Shown here: piece by piece, positions 12,621 through 26,479 of the stretch
Layout: every line of letters starts with the position of its first letter
Position numbering within the stretch: the first letter of the stretch is position 1
DNA from: Cenococcum geophilum
Lineage: Eukaryota
DNA: 64,000 nt
Assembly (NCBI GenBank): GCA_050273025.1
Contig: CP158636.1
Location: 1,054,001-1,118,000, forward strand
Direction: 5' to 3'
Translations under genes and position numbers: made by a program
The notes under the pieces: generated by a model
Database searches by the model: none
Told to the model about the DNA's origin: nothing
Seen by the model: only the letters and a program-made list of their open reading frames with translations

Positions 12621-15600
12621 CTATGCGAGAGGGCGAGGACTCTGTTGGACATGAGAGAAGAGTGCGCTGAATAGCCTCTCGACCTGTAAAACAAAGCACG
12701 CGTTAGTCGAAGAGCCGGAAACATGAAAAATGGCGTAACGTACCTCAGGCGCAGCTTTAACGAACGGCAAATCCCAGAATTGGTAGGTACGGTTCTTCAG
12801 AATCTCTAGAAGAGTGATGATAAGGCCCCATGGGTGAGGACGATGGACAAGAAGTCGTTCGAGCAGCACTCTTGTGATAGTCTGCTGAACGTCTAGAACC
12901 TGTTGGTCTGCGGTAGGAGAGCCGAACAAGTGAAGGATCGCATAGCTGAAGTAATGTGTATGGCTATTAGGCCAGCGTAGCTGATTGGCTATCGAACTGA
13001 TGAAATGGAAGCGGGCCTCGGGACGGAGTTCCTTTGCTAACCTCTCGAGCAGCCTGGCAGGCGGAGAGGTGGCGTTAAAAGTAGGTCCCTTGGCACCTTG
13101 GATGGCAAGAGCAGTCGAACCAATGTACAGGACGATCGCATTCAGAAGAACTGAATCAGCTGTCATTGGCACCAGTTCAAAGCCAGTAATTCTCTGTTCG
13201 GGGAAGTACGTCGCTTCGCAGATTTTCTCAATGTCTTCTGCATTTTGGTCTGTGGTTTTTAGAAGGTTGTCAATCGTATCTTTGATCCCAGCCTGACGGA
13301 TAAGTCCCTCGAAGTCACCTCGAATGGTCGGAGCCTGCCTGATTTCCTCAAGACGATCGACTTTAAGGCCAGCAGTGAACGGATCGGGCATCTCCAAGAT
13401 CGTGGAAGGGTAGGCACTGACAATGAGGTTCCGGAGCTGTGTGCAATGCATCGGAATACTATTGCAAAGGCGGAAGTGATTCTCGGCAAGGAACTCTGGA
13501 TAGTCATGGTGAATGACTAATAGTACTCTTAGCACACCACGATAGAAGTTGAGTGCAACGAGGGAACCATCAATTGGCTTCACAAGCTCGCCGGTGTATT
13601 TCAAAAGGGCCTCCATGAGCTGTGTGTAGAGGTCCCAGCGCTTGTCCTTAGCAACTAGGTCTGCGCGATTATCGTCTAGAAGAGCCGGGATAAAGATTCG
13701 ATGCGCGATAAGAGCTAGCCACGAGTAGGAGAACCCTGAGAAGTATCTGGGTTGCAGAGCTAAGAAGGCCTTCCCCAAGACAAGGAATATGTCTGTTTTG
13801 AATCCTGCGAGAGAATTGTCTTTGGACGCAACATGCAGCTCGGAGAGAATGACTGAAAAGAGTCGGAAGAAGACCTTTTGATTAAAGCGTTCCATCCGTT
13901 CGCGATAGTGATTGCATAATATCAATATCACTATAGAGAGGATAGAGTCCAGATACTTAGCTTTGCTCTCTTTCACCGCGTTATCCTCCTCAGCTTGATA
14001 GACAACGAGTGATACAATTAATCTGCCGAGTGCATCCGCATTAACATATGCGTGATCCAAGTTTCCATATGGGAGTGACTCTTCATGTTCATAGGAGTTC
14101 ACCGACGCATCAATACAAACACGGAGAAATTCAGTCACGTCCGCTTGAGTCCTCATTACTTTCATCAGGTGCATTTGATAAATGAAAGCAGCAATCGACT
14201 TCTTAGGAGTGTCCGGATACTGGAGGTGAACCCATTCATCAAATATGTATTCTAGTTGATCTTTCTTGCCTGTTGGTGGCGGAGTCTGAAGTGCCTCATC
14301 TGCTGGGAGTACTTGTAACTTCGCAACAACCTGTTTTCCAACTTCAAGGTCAGGGTCTTCCGACAACCATTGGGTCAGAGCTTCGATTGAGAGTGCAAAG
14401 TCAGCGCGAAGGGCACTTGGATGCTCATTCAGTAATATCTCGTCCATAAGGTTAGAAAGAAACTCCACTGCAGCAACGCTGCGTCGTTGTACTGCTTTCG
14501 CAATGGTAATGTTGATACGGTGAAGGTCCATAAGCCCGACAGAGATAAGGCAAACAATTACGACTGCATTGAAGACTCTGTCATCATCAATTGTTGCCAA
14601 CCAGACGATAACTTGTTTAGAAGTTCCGAGAGATAATTGGCACAGATTGGCTAGGAGCTGTGTCATGACTTCAATCTCCAAACGCCTCTCTGACTCAGAA
14701 AATATGTGGCTAGTGACTTTACCAGCGACTGCCAACGCTAGATGCTCCTTCTGAGGTCCAGAGTTCTCAATTGTAGCTATGAGCTGCTCGAAGAGGTGAT
14801 GAGTAGGTGCCGTGGGGTGCAGGTCCTCCACATGTTCTTCGGGCGCTTCCCTGGCTGATCGTTGTAGGTCATTTAGAAGTTCTTCAACCCGGTGAGCGCG
14901 ATCGGGTATCGAAGGCTCGATGTAGCCATTAAGTTGTTGTGGAGTTGGTGGCACATGAGCAGAGGGAAGGTTTTGTAGGCGCGGCTGTTGTTGTGCGGTT
15001 TGTCTTGGGACAGCAGGGGGCTCCGCCGGAGTTGGTAGACTAGGCACAGAAGCAAACTGATCTTGCAAAACATCCGGTACCTGTCGTCCGCTATCCTGCG
15101 ATGCGCTGTTTGTGTGAGGGATGATTCCCCGCGACTGGCGTCCGAACTCTTCATAGATAGCTAACTGCTCTCTATTGAGACCACCTGCTGTTTGCTTGTA
15201 CGGTTCGGGAATGAAAAATGCCCAGTTACTGATGGAGGGATCCTTGAACGGCTCGTTGGGACGAGTGGTACGGAATAGTCGGCGTAATCTCACTCCCTCT
15301 TCAATTTGCATATCAATTTCTGGTAAAGACTGCATTTCGGCAGCCTGCTCAACCATGTTGCACACCGTATCGAGGTTGTCGTTCACAAACATGAGAACAT
15401 GGCCTTCCGGAAGGGCCTGCTCGGGCAAATCGCGAGCCATAAGCCGGATATTATTCATGATGCTCATGCGCAACGGCTCTTTGCAGGTGACCAGAGCTAA
15501 GGCTCCAGATAGGGCCTTGACGACGGTGTGTGCGGCTTCTCGCAGTCGATTCTCATCAGGCTCCATGGCAAAGTCCTTTGCAACCAACTGAGATGTTGAT

Positions 15601-18600
15601 ATCGCTGCAATAGTAACCGAGCGCTCCACAACTGGAGCAATGATTTCCTGAATGGCTTGCTGGGCTGCAGAAAGGAAAATCTTGCGCAGCGTATTCTGTG
15701 CAACAAGATTACTTCCAGAGGGAGGATAAATTAATTGAGAACTGAAGTCTGGTAAGGTTGCGGTGATTGCTGCGGGAGAAAATCGTTCACTTGGGCCACG
15801 TCCTCGGTTTAGACTCATGATCGAGAGGTCACTGAAAGCTTCCATACTGTCCGGAACGATGGGAAGGAATTCTTCGTCGTGTTGAGGTCTGGCACGAATG
15901 CTATCAGATGGTTCTATGGCTTTGTAGTCAAGATCTAAGCCTTTGCAAAGAACCTCAATCTCGAATTTCTGGTTGAGCTTGAGCTCCGCGCAGTGATAGA
16001 GCTCGAGAAGTACACGAACAATCTCCATCAACCAAGGATTTGGGGGTTTGAAAACTGTAGATTTTGCCGCTTGCACCAGAACTTTGCAAGTGAATGGAAT
16101 GACAATCAAAAGGCGGTCTGTGTCATAGCCTTCAATCAGCAGGTCTTTGAAGGAGATGTTCCTGAACTTGATCGGTTTGTCTCGGGCAATAGTCAAGGAG
16201 CCAAGCCATCCCCCAAGGTTCTTCAAGTGAGTTCGCTCGGTTGATGAACTTGATATTGACTCAGAGTTGAGCATTCGGATGACAGCAACATAGGTTTCAC
16301 GGAGAACCTCTGCCCAAAGGATTTTGTCATCAAACAAACCCAACATATCGAGATAGAGTTGCTGAAAGTTCGGCTGCATCTTTGCTCGCTCCTCTACAAG
16401 ATAGCAGGCGAACCACTGACGGTGTTTGTCTTCGAGGGCTTCCGTAAGGTCTTTGATTTTATCCTTGAGGTTGCGCTCCGAAACGTTGTTCAAAACAAAA
16501 AGAACCTTGTCCTGGACATCTTCATCCGGCTCCTCGTACAACTCTGGCCGCAGAGGGGGGTCAACATGAAGGCAAGTGAACTTGGCTACGGTAGATTCGG
16601 CGGCAAGGAAATCCTCTACGTTGGCGCCGTTTGCCATCCCAACGCCATTCTGAGATTCGCCGTTCATTTCACCTAACTGTCGTCCAACTATTTCCTCTGC
16701 CTTCACCCAGATCTCGGTTCCTTGAAGGCCTGGAACTGTTAGAAGCTGGTCGCAGAAACTAGGCCACTCTTGTAGTCGGTTAGAAAAGTGGAGTAGTGCT
16801 TGAAGGCCGAACTTGTACATGGAGTCTTCGGGTCGATATTCCTGGACTGCTTCAAGCACCATCGCCAGGCCCACCTGGAGTGCAATTCGTGAAAGGAGAC
16901 TGTAGTTGATAATGCCGCCGAACAGAACTGCAGTAGTTGCCAAAGCTTCCAATGGGTATTCACCAAAGCAGTTGTATTCATCGAAAAGGCCATGAATCAT
17001 GCAGGCAAAAAGGTCTTGCTCGGAAGGATCTTCAGATGCTTTGTAGTTCTGGAGTACGCCGATGATATCCCTAACGTCGCTTTCACCACTATACATGTTC
17101 TTATAATGTTCTTGCATCTTCTTGTCGGCATCTTCCGGAAGGCCGTTGCCATCTTTTCCATTTGCATCAATGATTTCGTCAAGCCCTTCGCCGTAGTTGA
17201 TGAGTCGTGGGTAGGCTTGTATGCAAGACCTTTGAAGTTGCACGAGCTCCGCATCTGGTAAACCGCATTCTTGCAAAAACCCTAGCAATGGATGGACTGT
17301 TTTGACGGCCAGTGGCACAGTAGTGGGCGGGTGTTCTCGCTGACTCTGTAACTCAAGGTCGGCCTTCGCTAGAAGGAAACGAGTTAAGATTGTCCTGAAG
17401 ATCCCTCCGACTTGTTGAAATGTTTGCTGTGCCCATGCTTCAATATCGAAAAGGCCCTGAGCGTGCGCCTGTGCCGCGAGGTCAAGGCTCAGATCATTGC
17501 TGACAGCAATCAGTGTTTCGAGCCAGCCGTTGGATTGAGCATGTTCCATTATGAACAAAAGGGTCATTTGGTCAAGATTGTAAGCATCAATAAGTCTTGA
17601 GATGAGCCACTGGTTATCCTGGTTCCACAGACCGTAAAGCACAAAATTGTAGTGAGGAAGTTTCTTGGTCAGGAAGGGGTAGAACAGTTGCTTCAAAGCC
17701 TGATCCTGGAGTCCCCCCCAAGGCTTCGGGACAGCCGCAGCGGAAACAACAAAAATGTCTGTATTGGCGTTGATAACTGACTCTGGAATTCCGAGATTTT
17801 GAGCGGTGTTATAGGACTCCTGGGACCGGAATATCATGCTAAATAGCGCAGTTGTTGCATCCAACGAAACTAGTGGATGTCTAGCAGCTTGCTCTGCGTA
17901 AGTCTTTACTTCGTCAGAGGCGTCGGCGAACAGCTCGGTTGTAAACGCCTGCCGCAAACGCGGTATCTGAGACGCGTCCAACTCCTCCGGAGTGCACGAG
18001 AGAAAAGCAACCATAAAAGATAGCTGGGTCAGCTCATGTGCCCAAGCTCCTCCCCACAACAGCTGGATATCAAAATTCTCATATTCGTTTGCCAATGGTA
18101 ATAGAGCTTGATATAGAGCCAAAAACTGTTGCTTTGTGACACGAAGACCGTCTCGATCGAAAGCATGGATCACGTCCTGCCAGTCGAGACGTTGTCCAGC
18201 ACGGTGCTCCCGAAGAGCTGATACGAAATTACTCGCATTGTAAGCCTGGCCATTCTGTGTGATGACCATGAAAAGGAGAACGCAAGCCACTTGCTGATAG
18301 CTGATATCTCTTGTTTCCGCCAACGCGAGCATATCCTTGCAAGAATCTAGCGTTGCCGTTGCTCTTGGGCCCGCTCGTTGCACCATTTTGACCAACGAAT
18401 TTTGGGTAGCATCCGTGAGCTCGATGAGATGCAGTGCTGCGCTAATCTCTGCTGGTATCGGCATACCTAGTTTCTGGTATCTTAGATTCACTGCATATAA
18501 CAGTGAATGCTTATTGTCGTCGTTCCAATCGCGAGGAGGGTCCTGAATAAGTCGGTCGATCACAGTGGCTAGGAAATTCGATGGTAACTCGTCCGGTCCG

Positions 18601-19701
18601 TCAAGATGCGGGTGGGCGACTGTCATCATGAAGTCCTGATAGTTGTTTGAGAGAATGGCATCGGCTAAGTAGTGTTAGTCCGGATCACAGCTATTAGAGG
18701 CGCGAAAACTCACCCTTAGTTCGGAGGTCAGACTTCGAAGCGGACTTGAATGCAAGCGCTAGAGTAGTCTTCGCGACAGGATCTAGTTTGAAGTGCGCCA
18801 TGAAGGTTGAGAGATCGAAATCACGGAACAAGTCTCCTTCTGGTGTGTCGACAGATTCTGCGATCTTGGATGCTTGTTGAGGATCATGCCTGATTTTCTG
18901 CATTTCACTCACTAGCAAGGAGTAGCTTCCCGAATTCTCAGAATTCCTTCCAGCTCCGGGGAATATCTGGCCAGCGTTGCCCTGAAGCAAGCGGCGCAAG
19001 TATTTTGAGAAAACCTCCATGCCGTTGGAATCGATCAACTGAAACCAAGGGTTAGAAAAATGCGGCGAAACTTAGCACGAAGCGAGAATTTGACCAACCT
19101 TTCGAATCTGATCCGCCTGCGTCTCCCACTTGGCTTTATCCTTGTCTTCCTTTATAGAACCGAATTGACTGAGGAGTAAGAAAACTTGTGCGATGACGAT
19201 TTTGGACAAAGATTGACCGGACGGGGCAGACGTGGGGTTTGTTGTGGTGCTGGGCGATCCGACAGCACTAGATTGTGAAAGTGAAGGTGATGCGCGAGCT
19301 AGCTTTGTGGTTCCTCCGCCGCTGCTCGGAGCACCTCCACCACCCTGCGATGCGGTAGGCAAGGCTGCGGCGGAGGAAGCCAGCTGTGAGGCGGTAGGGG
19401 GCGCTATGGTTCTAGATCGGGTGGCGGACAGCAGCTGATTCGAAGGAGGCTGCTGTCCCGCGTATGAAGGTGAAAATGGCGAGGAGGTCGAAGATACGGA
19501 AGAGTTGCGACTCGCGACGTGTCGAGACGATGGAGGAGGGAGCGATGGAAAAGTGGAGGTGAGTGGAGAGAAGCCAGCGCGTGATGGGCTGCTGGGCGAG
19601 GGGCTATGGCGATGTGAAGAAGTGAATGCGGTGGAAATGGGAGTTAAAGGACGTCCGCTCTGGTGCTGACTTGAAGAGCCCCAGGGAAATTGCTGGCTCA
19701 T
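12621..19701 (-). CDS. NOT1: CCR4-NOT complex scaffold subunit Not1 (4 exons)
   Basis: Motifs YPLEALATTAVLFGGII, LKNLGGWLGSLTIARDKPI, ERLLVHRPHPWGL. Exons 19701-19099, 19038-18714, 18664-12744, 12683-12621 with GT..CTAAC..AG introns and consistent phase. Confidence 0.97.
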
Positions 19702-20669
19702 CTAGACAACCTTCCCATCGGAGGCGCGTCAGCGGCTGGTGAAGGTGATGAGTAGGCGTAAGATGGAGGAGTATGCTGAGGTGGTGGTAGTGGGAGGTAG
19801 ATGAACTGAGGAGCCCTCGTTGCGCTTGCGGCTCTCGCGACACAAATGCGGTCTTGGTACTTTGGGGAGACCGACGCTTTGGCACGCAGCATCCACACCC
19901 AAAGGGATATTCAAAGCATTCATAGCGGGCAGTCTTAGGCCTGCATCATCAATTATCACGCGTAGCAATGTATCTATATCGCACATCGACCGGACTGGCG
20001 AGCACTCGGGCGTTTCCAGCAGTCTGTGACGAAATGCAGGTCCCTTGCTGCTTCGTATCGCACCTCCGTCCACAAAAACAGGTACATATACGGAGTGCTT
20101 CACAGGTGGACATGTTCTCGACATCGCATCTACAGCCGATACAGCAGTAACAGATTATTTGCAAAATGGGTGATAAGAAGACCACTGGTTGGGCATTGCT
20201 ACAAGTGAGCTGGCAGCCACGGGCAAGCATGCATCTCGCCGACGGGCTCACGCTTGCAATACGCAGAGCAACCCCAAGTATATGATCTCTAAGCAATCAA
20301 CCGGTCTCAGGCACATCTCGGCTGATTCGACAATAGTTAACGGTTAGATACTAGCGAATGTTTGCTGGTGAAATTTGGTGAGAGAAGCTTTCGTTGCAGT
20401 AATCACAGTGACGGGCTTAACTTATGGGCTTTCAGACACGCGCCAAGGCTCGTTGTCCCGAGAGACGGATTCTGTGTTTACGGCCTCAAATCCCTGCCCC
20501 TCTTCTCCCTGCTCCATTCCACCACCACCGATACTCCATACCATCGTTAATATTGCAATATCTAATTGTTAACCACATCTGACTGAGAAGTCTTCCCTGA
20601 CCTGACCAAGGTCTACGCAATCACTTCGTCGTGGCATCCACAACAAGAAAACGTAAACAGAAAGGCGCA

Positions 20670-23600
20670 ATGCCTGGGGCTACCGTCTCGGAGCCGCCTT
20701 CAGTGTCGCTATCATGTATTGCAATCGCATGTCCTCTCTGGGATGTAATACTAACTCTTTATAGTTGCGAACAACTTCTGGGGCAAAGATGATGCCGGTG
20801 TTGGCCCGCTGCTGGAACGTCTGCACAATGCCAAAGTCACCGGGGATGAATTGAAGACTTTTTATACTGGTATAAATACTTTAATGCTATCAAACCATGA
20901 TCGCTTGCTTACATATCCATAGCTCGAGGGGCCATTGAAGAAGAATATTCCAGGAAACTTCTCAATCTTTCCCGCAAACCTCTCGGTTCCTCCGAATCCG
21001 GCACCCTACGGATGTCCCTGGATGTAGTCCGTGCCGAGGTGGAATCTATGGGGAAGGCACATCAGAACATTGCTGCGCAGATGAAGAGCGAACTGGAAGA
21101 GCCGCTGGCGGCATTTGCTGGTGGAATGAAAGAGCGCAGGAAGATAGTACAGTCCGGTATTGAGAAGCTGCTCAAAGTCAAGACGCAGCAAACAATAGCA
21201 GTAAATAAGGTGTGCGAGATGCCTAAAGCGATTTGCTCTGTTGCTAAAAAAAAACACTAGGCTCGAGATCGGTATGAACAGGACTGTCTGAAGATCAAGG
21301 GATTCCTGGCACAAGCGCATATGGTTATGGGTCAAGAAGAACGAAAGAATAAAGCAAAGCTTGAAAAGACCCAAATCCAGTTATCAAGCACAAGCAACGA
21401 CTACGAAGCGGCTGTGAAAGTATTAGAAGAGACCACAGGCCGGTGGAACAGAGATTGGAAGGCTGGGTGCGACGTTAGTATACTTTCCCGGACATTATCG
21501 CTCAGCTAACATGATGTAGAAATTCCAAGATCTCGAGGAGGAGCGGATAGATTACATGAAGAGCAGTCTTTGGACATTTGCTAATATCGCATCGACTGTC
21601 TGCGTAAGCGATGATGCCGTTAGTTCTCGCAGTGCCCCTTTTCAGCGAGCTGTATCTAACTCACATTGCCAGGCATGCGAGAAAATTCGGCTCTCACTTG
21701 AGGATTGCGACGTAGAGAAAGACATAACCAATTTCATCAAGGAAGCCGGGACTGGTCAAGAAATACCTGATCCACCAAAATTCATCAACTTTTGCAGGGG
21801 AGACGTCAACGACACTACATCAGAAGCATCGGATGAAGGGAACTACTCCGTAGCTCAATTCCAACGGACGATGAATCCAGCTTTCCGGACTTCATCGCCT
21901 CAACCTTCCGTTTTTGAGTCGCACCATGATCCAAGCAATCCCTTGGTTCGAGAGTTGGGTCTCCCTCAGACTGTTTCAGCAGAGGAGCCATTAGTACAAT
22001 CACGACAACCCCAACACCATCCACAGCCACAGCCCCAAGTCCGGCAGCGGGCACAAACGCAACCGCAACCGCAACCGCAGCCGCAACCACAGGCGCAACC
22101 ACAGGCGCAACCACAGGCGCACCCCCAGCTACAGCCTCAAAAACAGCAGCAGCAACAGCATCAACCGCAGCGACAGCATCAGCCGCAGCAACAGCACCAG
22201 CCGCAGCACCAGCCACATCACCAGCCACAGCAGTTGCAGAAGGCCTATCCATCAAGAGGACCTCAACCAGACCCACGTTTGATTCAAGCTCAACAGCAAG
22301 CTAGACAACAACAGGTTAAGCAACAGTATCAGCAGAGCCAATATGGAGACGTGCCTAAAGTGCCGCACAATGACTACCCAATGGATGGAATGACGCAGTT
22401 CTGCAAAATTGGGGCTCCCTCCGAACGTACAAACATCCCTAGCCCTATTCGTCCATCAAGCAGGGACTCTCACAGCGATTACTCTTTCTCGAGTATTGAA
22501 CCACCAAGTGGCTCTAATTCTCCAGGGAAACCAATGGCTCCGTCTCCAGTTCTAGTTCAAGCTCCAGCCCCAGTCCAGCCTCCAGCTCCTGCTCCAGCCC
22601 CTGCCCCTGCCCCTGCCCCTGCCCCTGCTCCAGCCCCAGAACCTGTCAATGATGAAAGGCAAATACAGAAAAAGAGGAGTGGATTTTTCCAAAACCACAG
22701 CCCATTCCGGAGGAGAAGCAAACATGAGAGAGAAGCCCCAACAGCGTCAATTAAAGCACCAGGGAGTCGGAATACTTGGGCTCCTTCTTCTAAGAGAAAC
22801 AACAATGAAAACATCAGCCCAACCCGGCAACAACAGCCATATAGCTCAGGCACCCGTGGCTCAATCTTAGGAGGAGAAGCACGCTCGACAAGCCCTGAGC
22901 CTGTCGACCCTCGTGCAAACTTTCAACTGAATATTGGCAATAACGTTTTTGACGTTGCCTCTCCAGATGCCAGCAAGCAACCCCAGGCGAAGAGTAACGA
23001 ACAGGAAGAACTCGACCCTATAGCCCAAGCCCTTGCGGAACTTAAAGGGGTCACCAAACAGTCCTCCGTCCGTATGTCTGCGGACCGTTATCACGGCCTG
23101 GCCACACCGGCACCACCAGGTACACCTGGGACATCCTCCACGCCGGTGCGAGGCGTTCCTACGCCACTCACCAACAGTGCTCTTAGCGCAGCGCAGCGTG
23201 GTACTCCTCCACCCTCTTACGACCAACCTATCTCCCGCCTAGGCGCACCCAAGCCCGCTTTCACATCGCGCCAGATGCAGCAGACAACAAAGAAATACAT
23301 TGAACAGAAAACTAGCATGTTCAACACCACCTCTCCTTCGCGCACCTCCTACGAATCCCGTCCCTCTAACTCTACCGCTTCCAACTCTCGCCCACCTACG
23401 CGTAGCACTGGTCAGAGTCAGGAGGTGGTTCGCGCAACTTCCCCAGCTCCACCTCGTGCCACGAGCCCGAGGCCAGGCCTCTACTCCACTCCATCAGCCC
23501 AGGCACCACAAGTACATCGCGCAGCCTCGCCAAATCCTTATGCTATTTCTTCTGCTGGCGGACGCCCGCGTGCGCAATCCTCAAGCCCGATCAAACAATA

Positions 23601-24569
23601 CGGAGCCGGGAACAGAGACTCCTGGTCCTCGCGCGGGGGTTCCCCAGGCCAAGCTCCTATTCCACGCGCTGCTTCCCCCAACCCGACGTACGCAAACACG
23701 CGCCAGGTACAAGCATCGGCACCGGCAACTAGGCCAGCGTCTAGGGCTGTGAGTCCGGCACCTCAAATGCGACAGCAGCAGTCGTATGACCAGCCAAGAC
23801 CCGCGTCTCGAGCCATTAGCCCAGCACCCCAAATGCGGCAGCCACAGCCCTACAGCCAGTCAAGACCTGCGTCCCGTGCGATTAGCCCGGCGCCTCAGTT
23901 CCGCCAGCAGCAGCCGTACGAGCAACCCAGGCCTGCGTCCCGGGCGGTCAGTCCAGCGCCTCAATTCCAACAGCCGCAGTCGTATGACCGGCCTGTATCC
24001 AGGGCTGTGAGTCCCCAACCTCAATTCCGACAATCGCAATCCTACGACCGGCCAAGTAGCTCAAGGGGAAGCGATATGGCGCTGCAACTCGCGCCAGCTC
24101 CCGGGAGTGAGAGAGGCGAAGGAAGCGTGTATGGGGGAAGTCAACGCGGCAGGGGTGGCAGCAACGCGAGACCAATGAGCGTATACTATGCTGGCAGTGA
24201 GGCGGGGTATAGCAGTGCCGGTGGTAATGGAGGGGGGCAATTGAGTACGAGGGTAAGAAGCAAGAGCGTTGCGGAGCCTAGGCAGTACACGAAGGAGGGA
24301 CGGATGATTTTGCATTATTGTGCGTTTTCCCCATTTTTACCCCTCCCTTTTTTTTCACTTTTGCCCTGGAGGACTCTGCTAACGCAAGCCTAACCACAGC
24401 CCGCGCGATGTATGTGTACCAAGCCCAGATTCCTGAGGAACTCAGCTTCGCGAAGGGCGACATTCTCGCCGTGCTCCGTCTGCAGGACGACGGCTGGTGG
24501 GAGGCTGAGGTAGTCGGGAAGAACGGCCGGCCGGGTCTGGTGCCCAGCAACTATTTGCAGAACTGCTGA
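20670..24569 (+). CDS. imp2: F-BAR + SH3 cytokinesis/septation protein (Cdc15/Imp2/Hof1 family), multi-exon
   Basis: ATG 20670; F-BAR start FANNFWGKDDAGVGPLLERL, ARGAIEEEYSRKLL, KFQDLEEERIDYMKSSLW; long P/Q/S linker; SH3 ARAMYVYQAQIPEELSF..DDGWW..GLVPSNY. Introns include 20716-20764 and 21619-21672. Confidence 0.92.
22000..22340 (+). repeat. Coding Q/P/H-rich tandem repeat
   Basis: (CAACCG)n, (CAGGCGCAACCA)n and CAG runs encoding QPQPQ/QQHQP. Confidence 0.85.
22555..22640 (+). repeat. Coding (Pro-Ala)n hexanucleotide repeat
   Basis: (GCCCCT)n/GCTCCA units encoding PAPAPAPA. Confidence 0.85.
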
Positions 24570-25067
24570 TATGATTGACGTGAGAACGAAGCGAGAAGTT
24601 GATATGTTTGTGGATTGGTATGCTTTTGGAGCGTTTGGATCTGCACTCCAGGTTATGGCATGACTTTTGATACATGATACACCTTCTTGTTTCTTCCCTT
24701 TTAGGGTCTGGGCTGTTACTTGCATTCGCTGAACCAGACTTGATTCTGTTGACTTTGGATTGCATGAATTGGGTTTGTAACATATCTCCTAGCAACGAAA
24801 CTTTGTGCATTCCAATAACTGGCGCTCTGCAAGGCTGTGCTGCGTTTCATAAACTCAGAATTACATAGGTTACGGGTTGCTATTAACATTACGTTAAGGT
24901 TGAGCATTTCGCCACTGTAATGCCGCGCATTCTCTCATTAAGTCCATCTCCCTCCATCAAGTCCATTAAGTCCATCAAGCCGTTTCTACCTTCAATCCTA
25001 GGCCTCATCATCCTTCGCCATCTTCCTCCCTCATCCTTCGCATCTCCTCCGTCGCAATCTCCCTCCC

Positions 25068-25739
25068 CTAAACCAACACCCGCACCAAATCGACATCGGC
25101 GCAGCTGCTCGGCGCAGGATAGTCTTCCGGGGTGTAATATTTGTATCGCCAGAACAGCTGAGGGGCATTATGCCACCAATCGCAAACTGCACACAAAAAA
25201 ATCAGCAAACCTCCAACCCACATTCTCTCCCTCATATCCCACATACCTAACCAACCCCCCCACTGCGTCCTATCCGCCATCACCAACACCTTCTCCCCGC
25301 CACTCTCCGCAAACCCAAACCCCTGCACATTCCCCTGTCCCGCATTCACCTCCACCTCCGACCAGCCCGCATACGGCTCATAGCGGAAATTAAACCCATA
25401 CGGCCAGTAGTTCCCGAGATCGAACTCCTGGAACGCGCCACCCGCGGGGTCGGTGGCGTTGAGGAAGCCGGCAATGGCCCAGCTGCGGTTGGAGGCGAAG
25501 AGCGGGTCGTTGAGGCCGGCGCCCGTGTGCGAGGCGTAGAGCCAGAGGCCGGCGAGGTGGGCGGGGAGCGTGGCGTTCGCGGCGGAGACGGGCTTGAGGC
25601 GCGTTCGGAGGTGGTAGAGGGGGCCGGTGGGCGTGAGGGTGGGCGTTGGGGTTGCGCTGGTGGTGGGCGTGGCTTTGGGGAGGGCGAGGGCGAGGGCGAG
25701 GAGGGGGAGGGAGAGGAGGGTGATGAGTGAGGGTTTCAT
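25068..25739 (-). CDS. Small secreted protein (2 exons), function unknown
   Basis: ATG 25739, signal-peptide-like MKPSLITLLSLPLLALALA, T/P linker, HTGAGLND and WLVCDWWHNAPQLFW motifs; 60-nt intron 25246-25187 (GTATGT..GCTGAT..CAG). Confidence 0.8.
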   Translation of the reverse strand: MKPSLITLLSLPLLALALALPKATPTTSATPTPTLTPTGPLYHLRTRLKPVSAANATLPAHLAGLWLYASHTGAGLNDPLFASNRSWAIAGFLNATDPAGGAFQEFDLGNYWPYGFNFRYEPYAGWSEVEVNAGQGNVQGFGFAESGGEKVLVMADRTQWGGWLGMWDMRERMWVGGLLIFLCAVCDWWHNAPQLFWRYKYYTPEDYPAPSSCADVDLVRVLV

Positions 25740-26459
25740 AATTTTTCTGGGTTTAGTATTTTTATTAGACGTAAAGGGTGTTTTGAGGTTGAGGTTGCAA
25801 AGTAGCGACAGAAAGACGAGGTTGTCTGGTAACGATTGAACAGGAGTTGTCGTTAGAAGCAAGCGAGTGAATGTCCAGAAAGGATGCGAAGTAGTTGATG
25901 ATAGGCTTGAGAGGAGGGAAAGCACTCGGAATATATACTCGCTGGCAGATGGCGTGTTGTCATCCCCCGTCGTACGACGATCTGTTAGCCACTACTATAT
26001 TTCCAGAAGTGTCACTAGACGGTGAGCGGTTTATTGCTGGTTCAAAGTACCCCCAGTCTCGAATAGATTACTTTCACGGGGCCGGGTGGCAGCGTGTGCG
26101 AGAGGGGTATCCAAGGTAGTTTATTGAGGAGGCTCGTATTTGCAGCTCTCGTGACGTATCTTCCACCACTTGCTGGTCTCTCGGGAGACGCGTTTCATCG
26201 ATGCTGCAGTCCGAGCAGAAAATAGACCGTGCAGGCTACTGTACCATTCGGCTGTGGCATCTTGCTTTATCTCGAAGCTTGTTTCCCGCCCCGAGCATAT
26301 GAGTTGACCTATTGCTTGGACTTTCTTCTGATGCCGTCCTAAATGGTTCTCTAGAGCTATGCCCTTAGGTATCGTGCCCCTCCAGTCACCAAGTCCCCCA
26401 CTTTATCAATTTTCGCCTACTTTTATAAGTATTGACGCCTCTTTTTATTAAGTGATCGA

Positions 26460-26479
26460 ATATATATATATATATATAT
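26460..26479. repeat. (TA)n microsatellite
   Basis: About ten TA units at the edge of an AT-rich degenerate stretch. Confidence 0.8.

Noticed and set aside
21815..24315. Antisense ORFs over the F-BAR gene (likewise over NOT1 and the ankyrin gene)
   Set aside because: Shadows of codon bias and low-complexity repeats.
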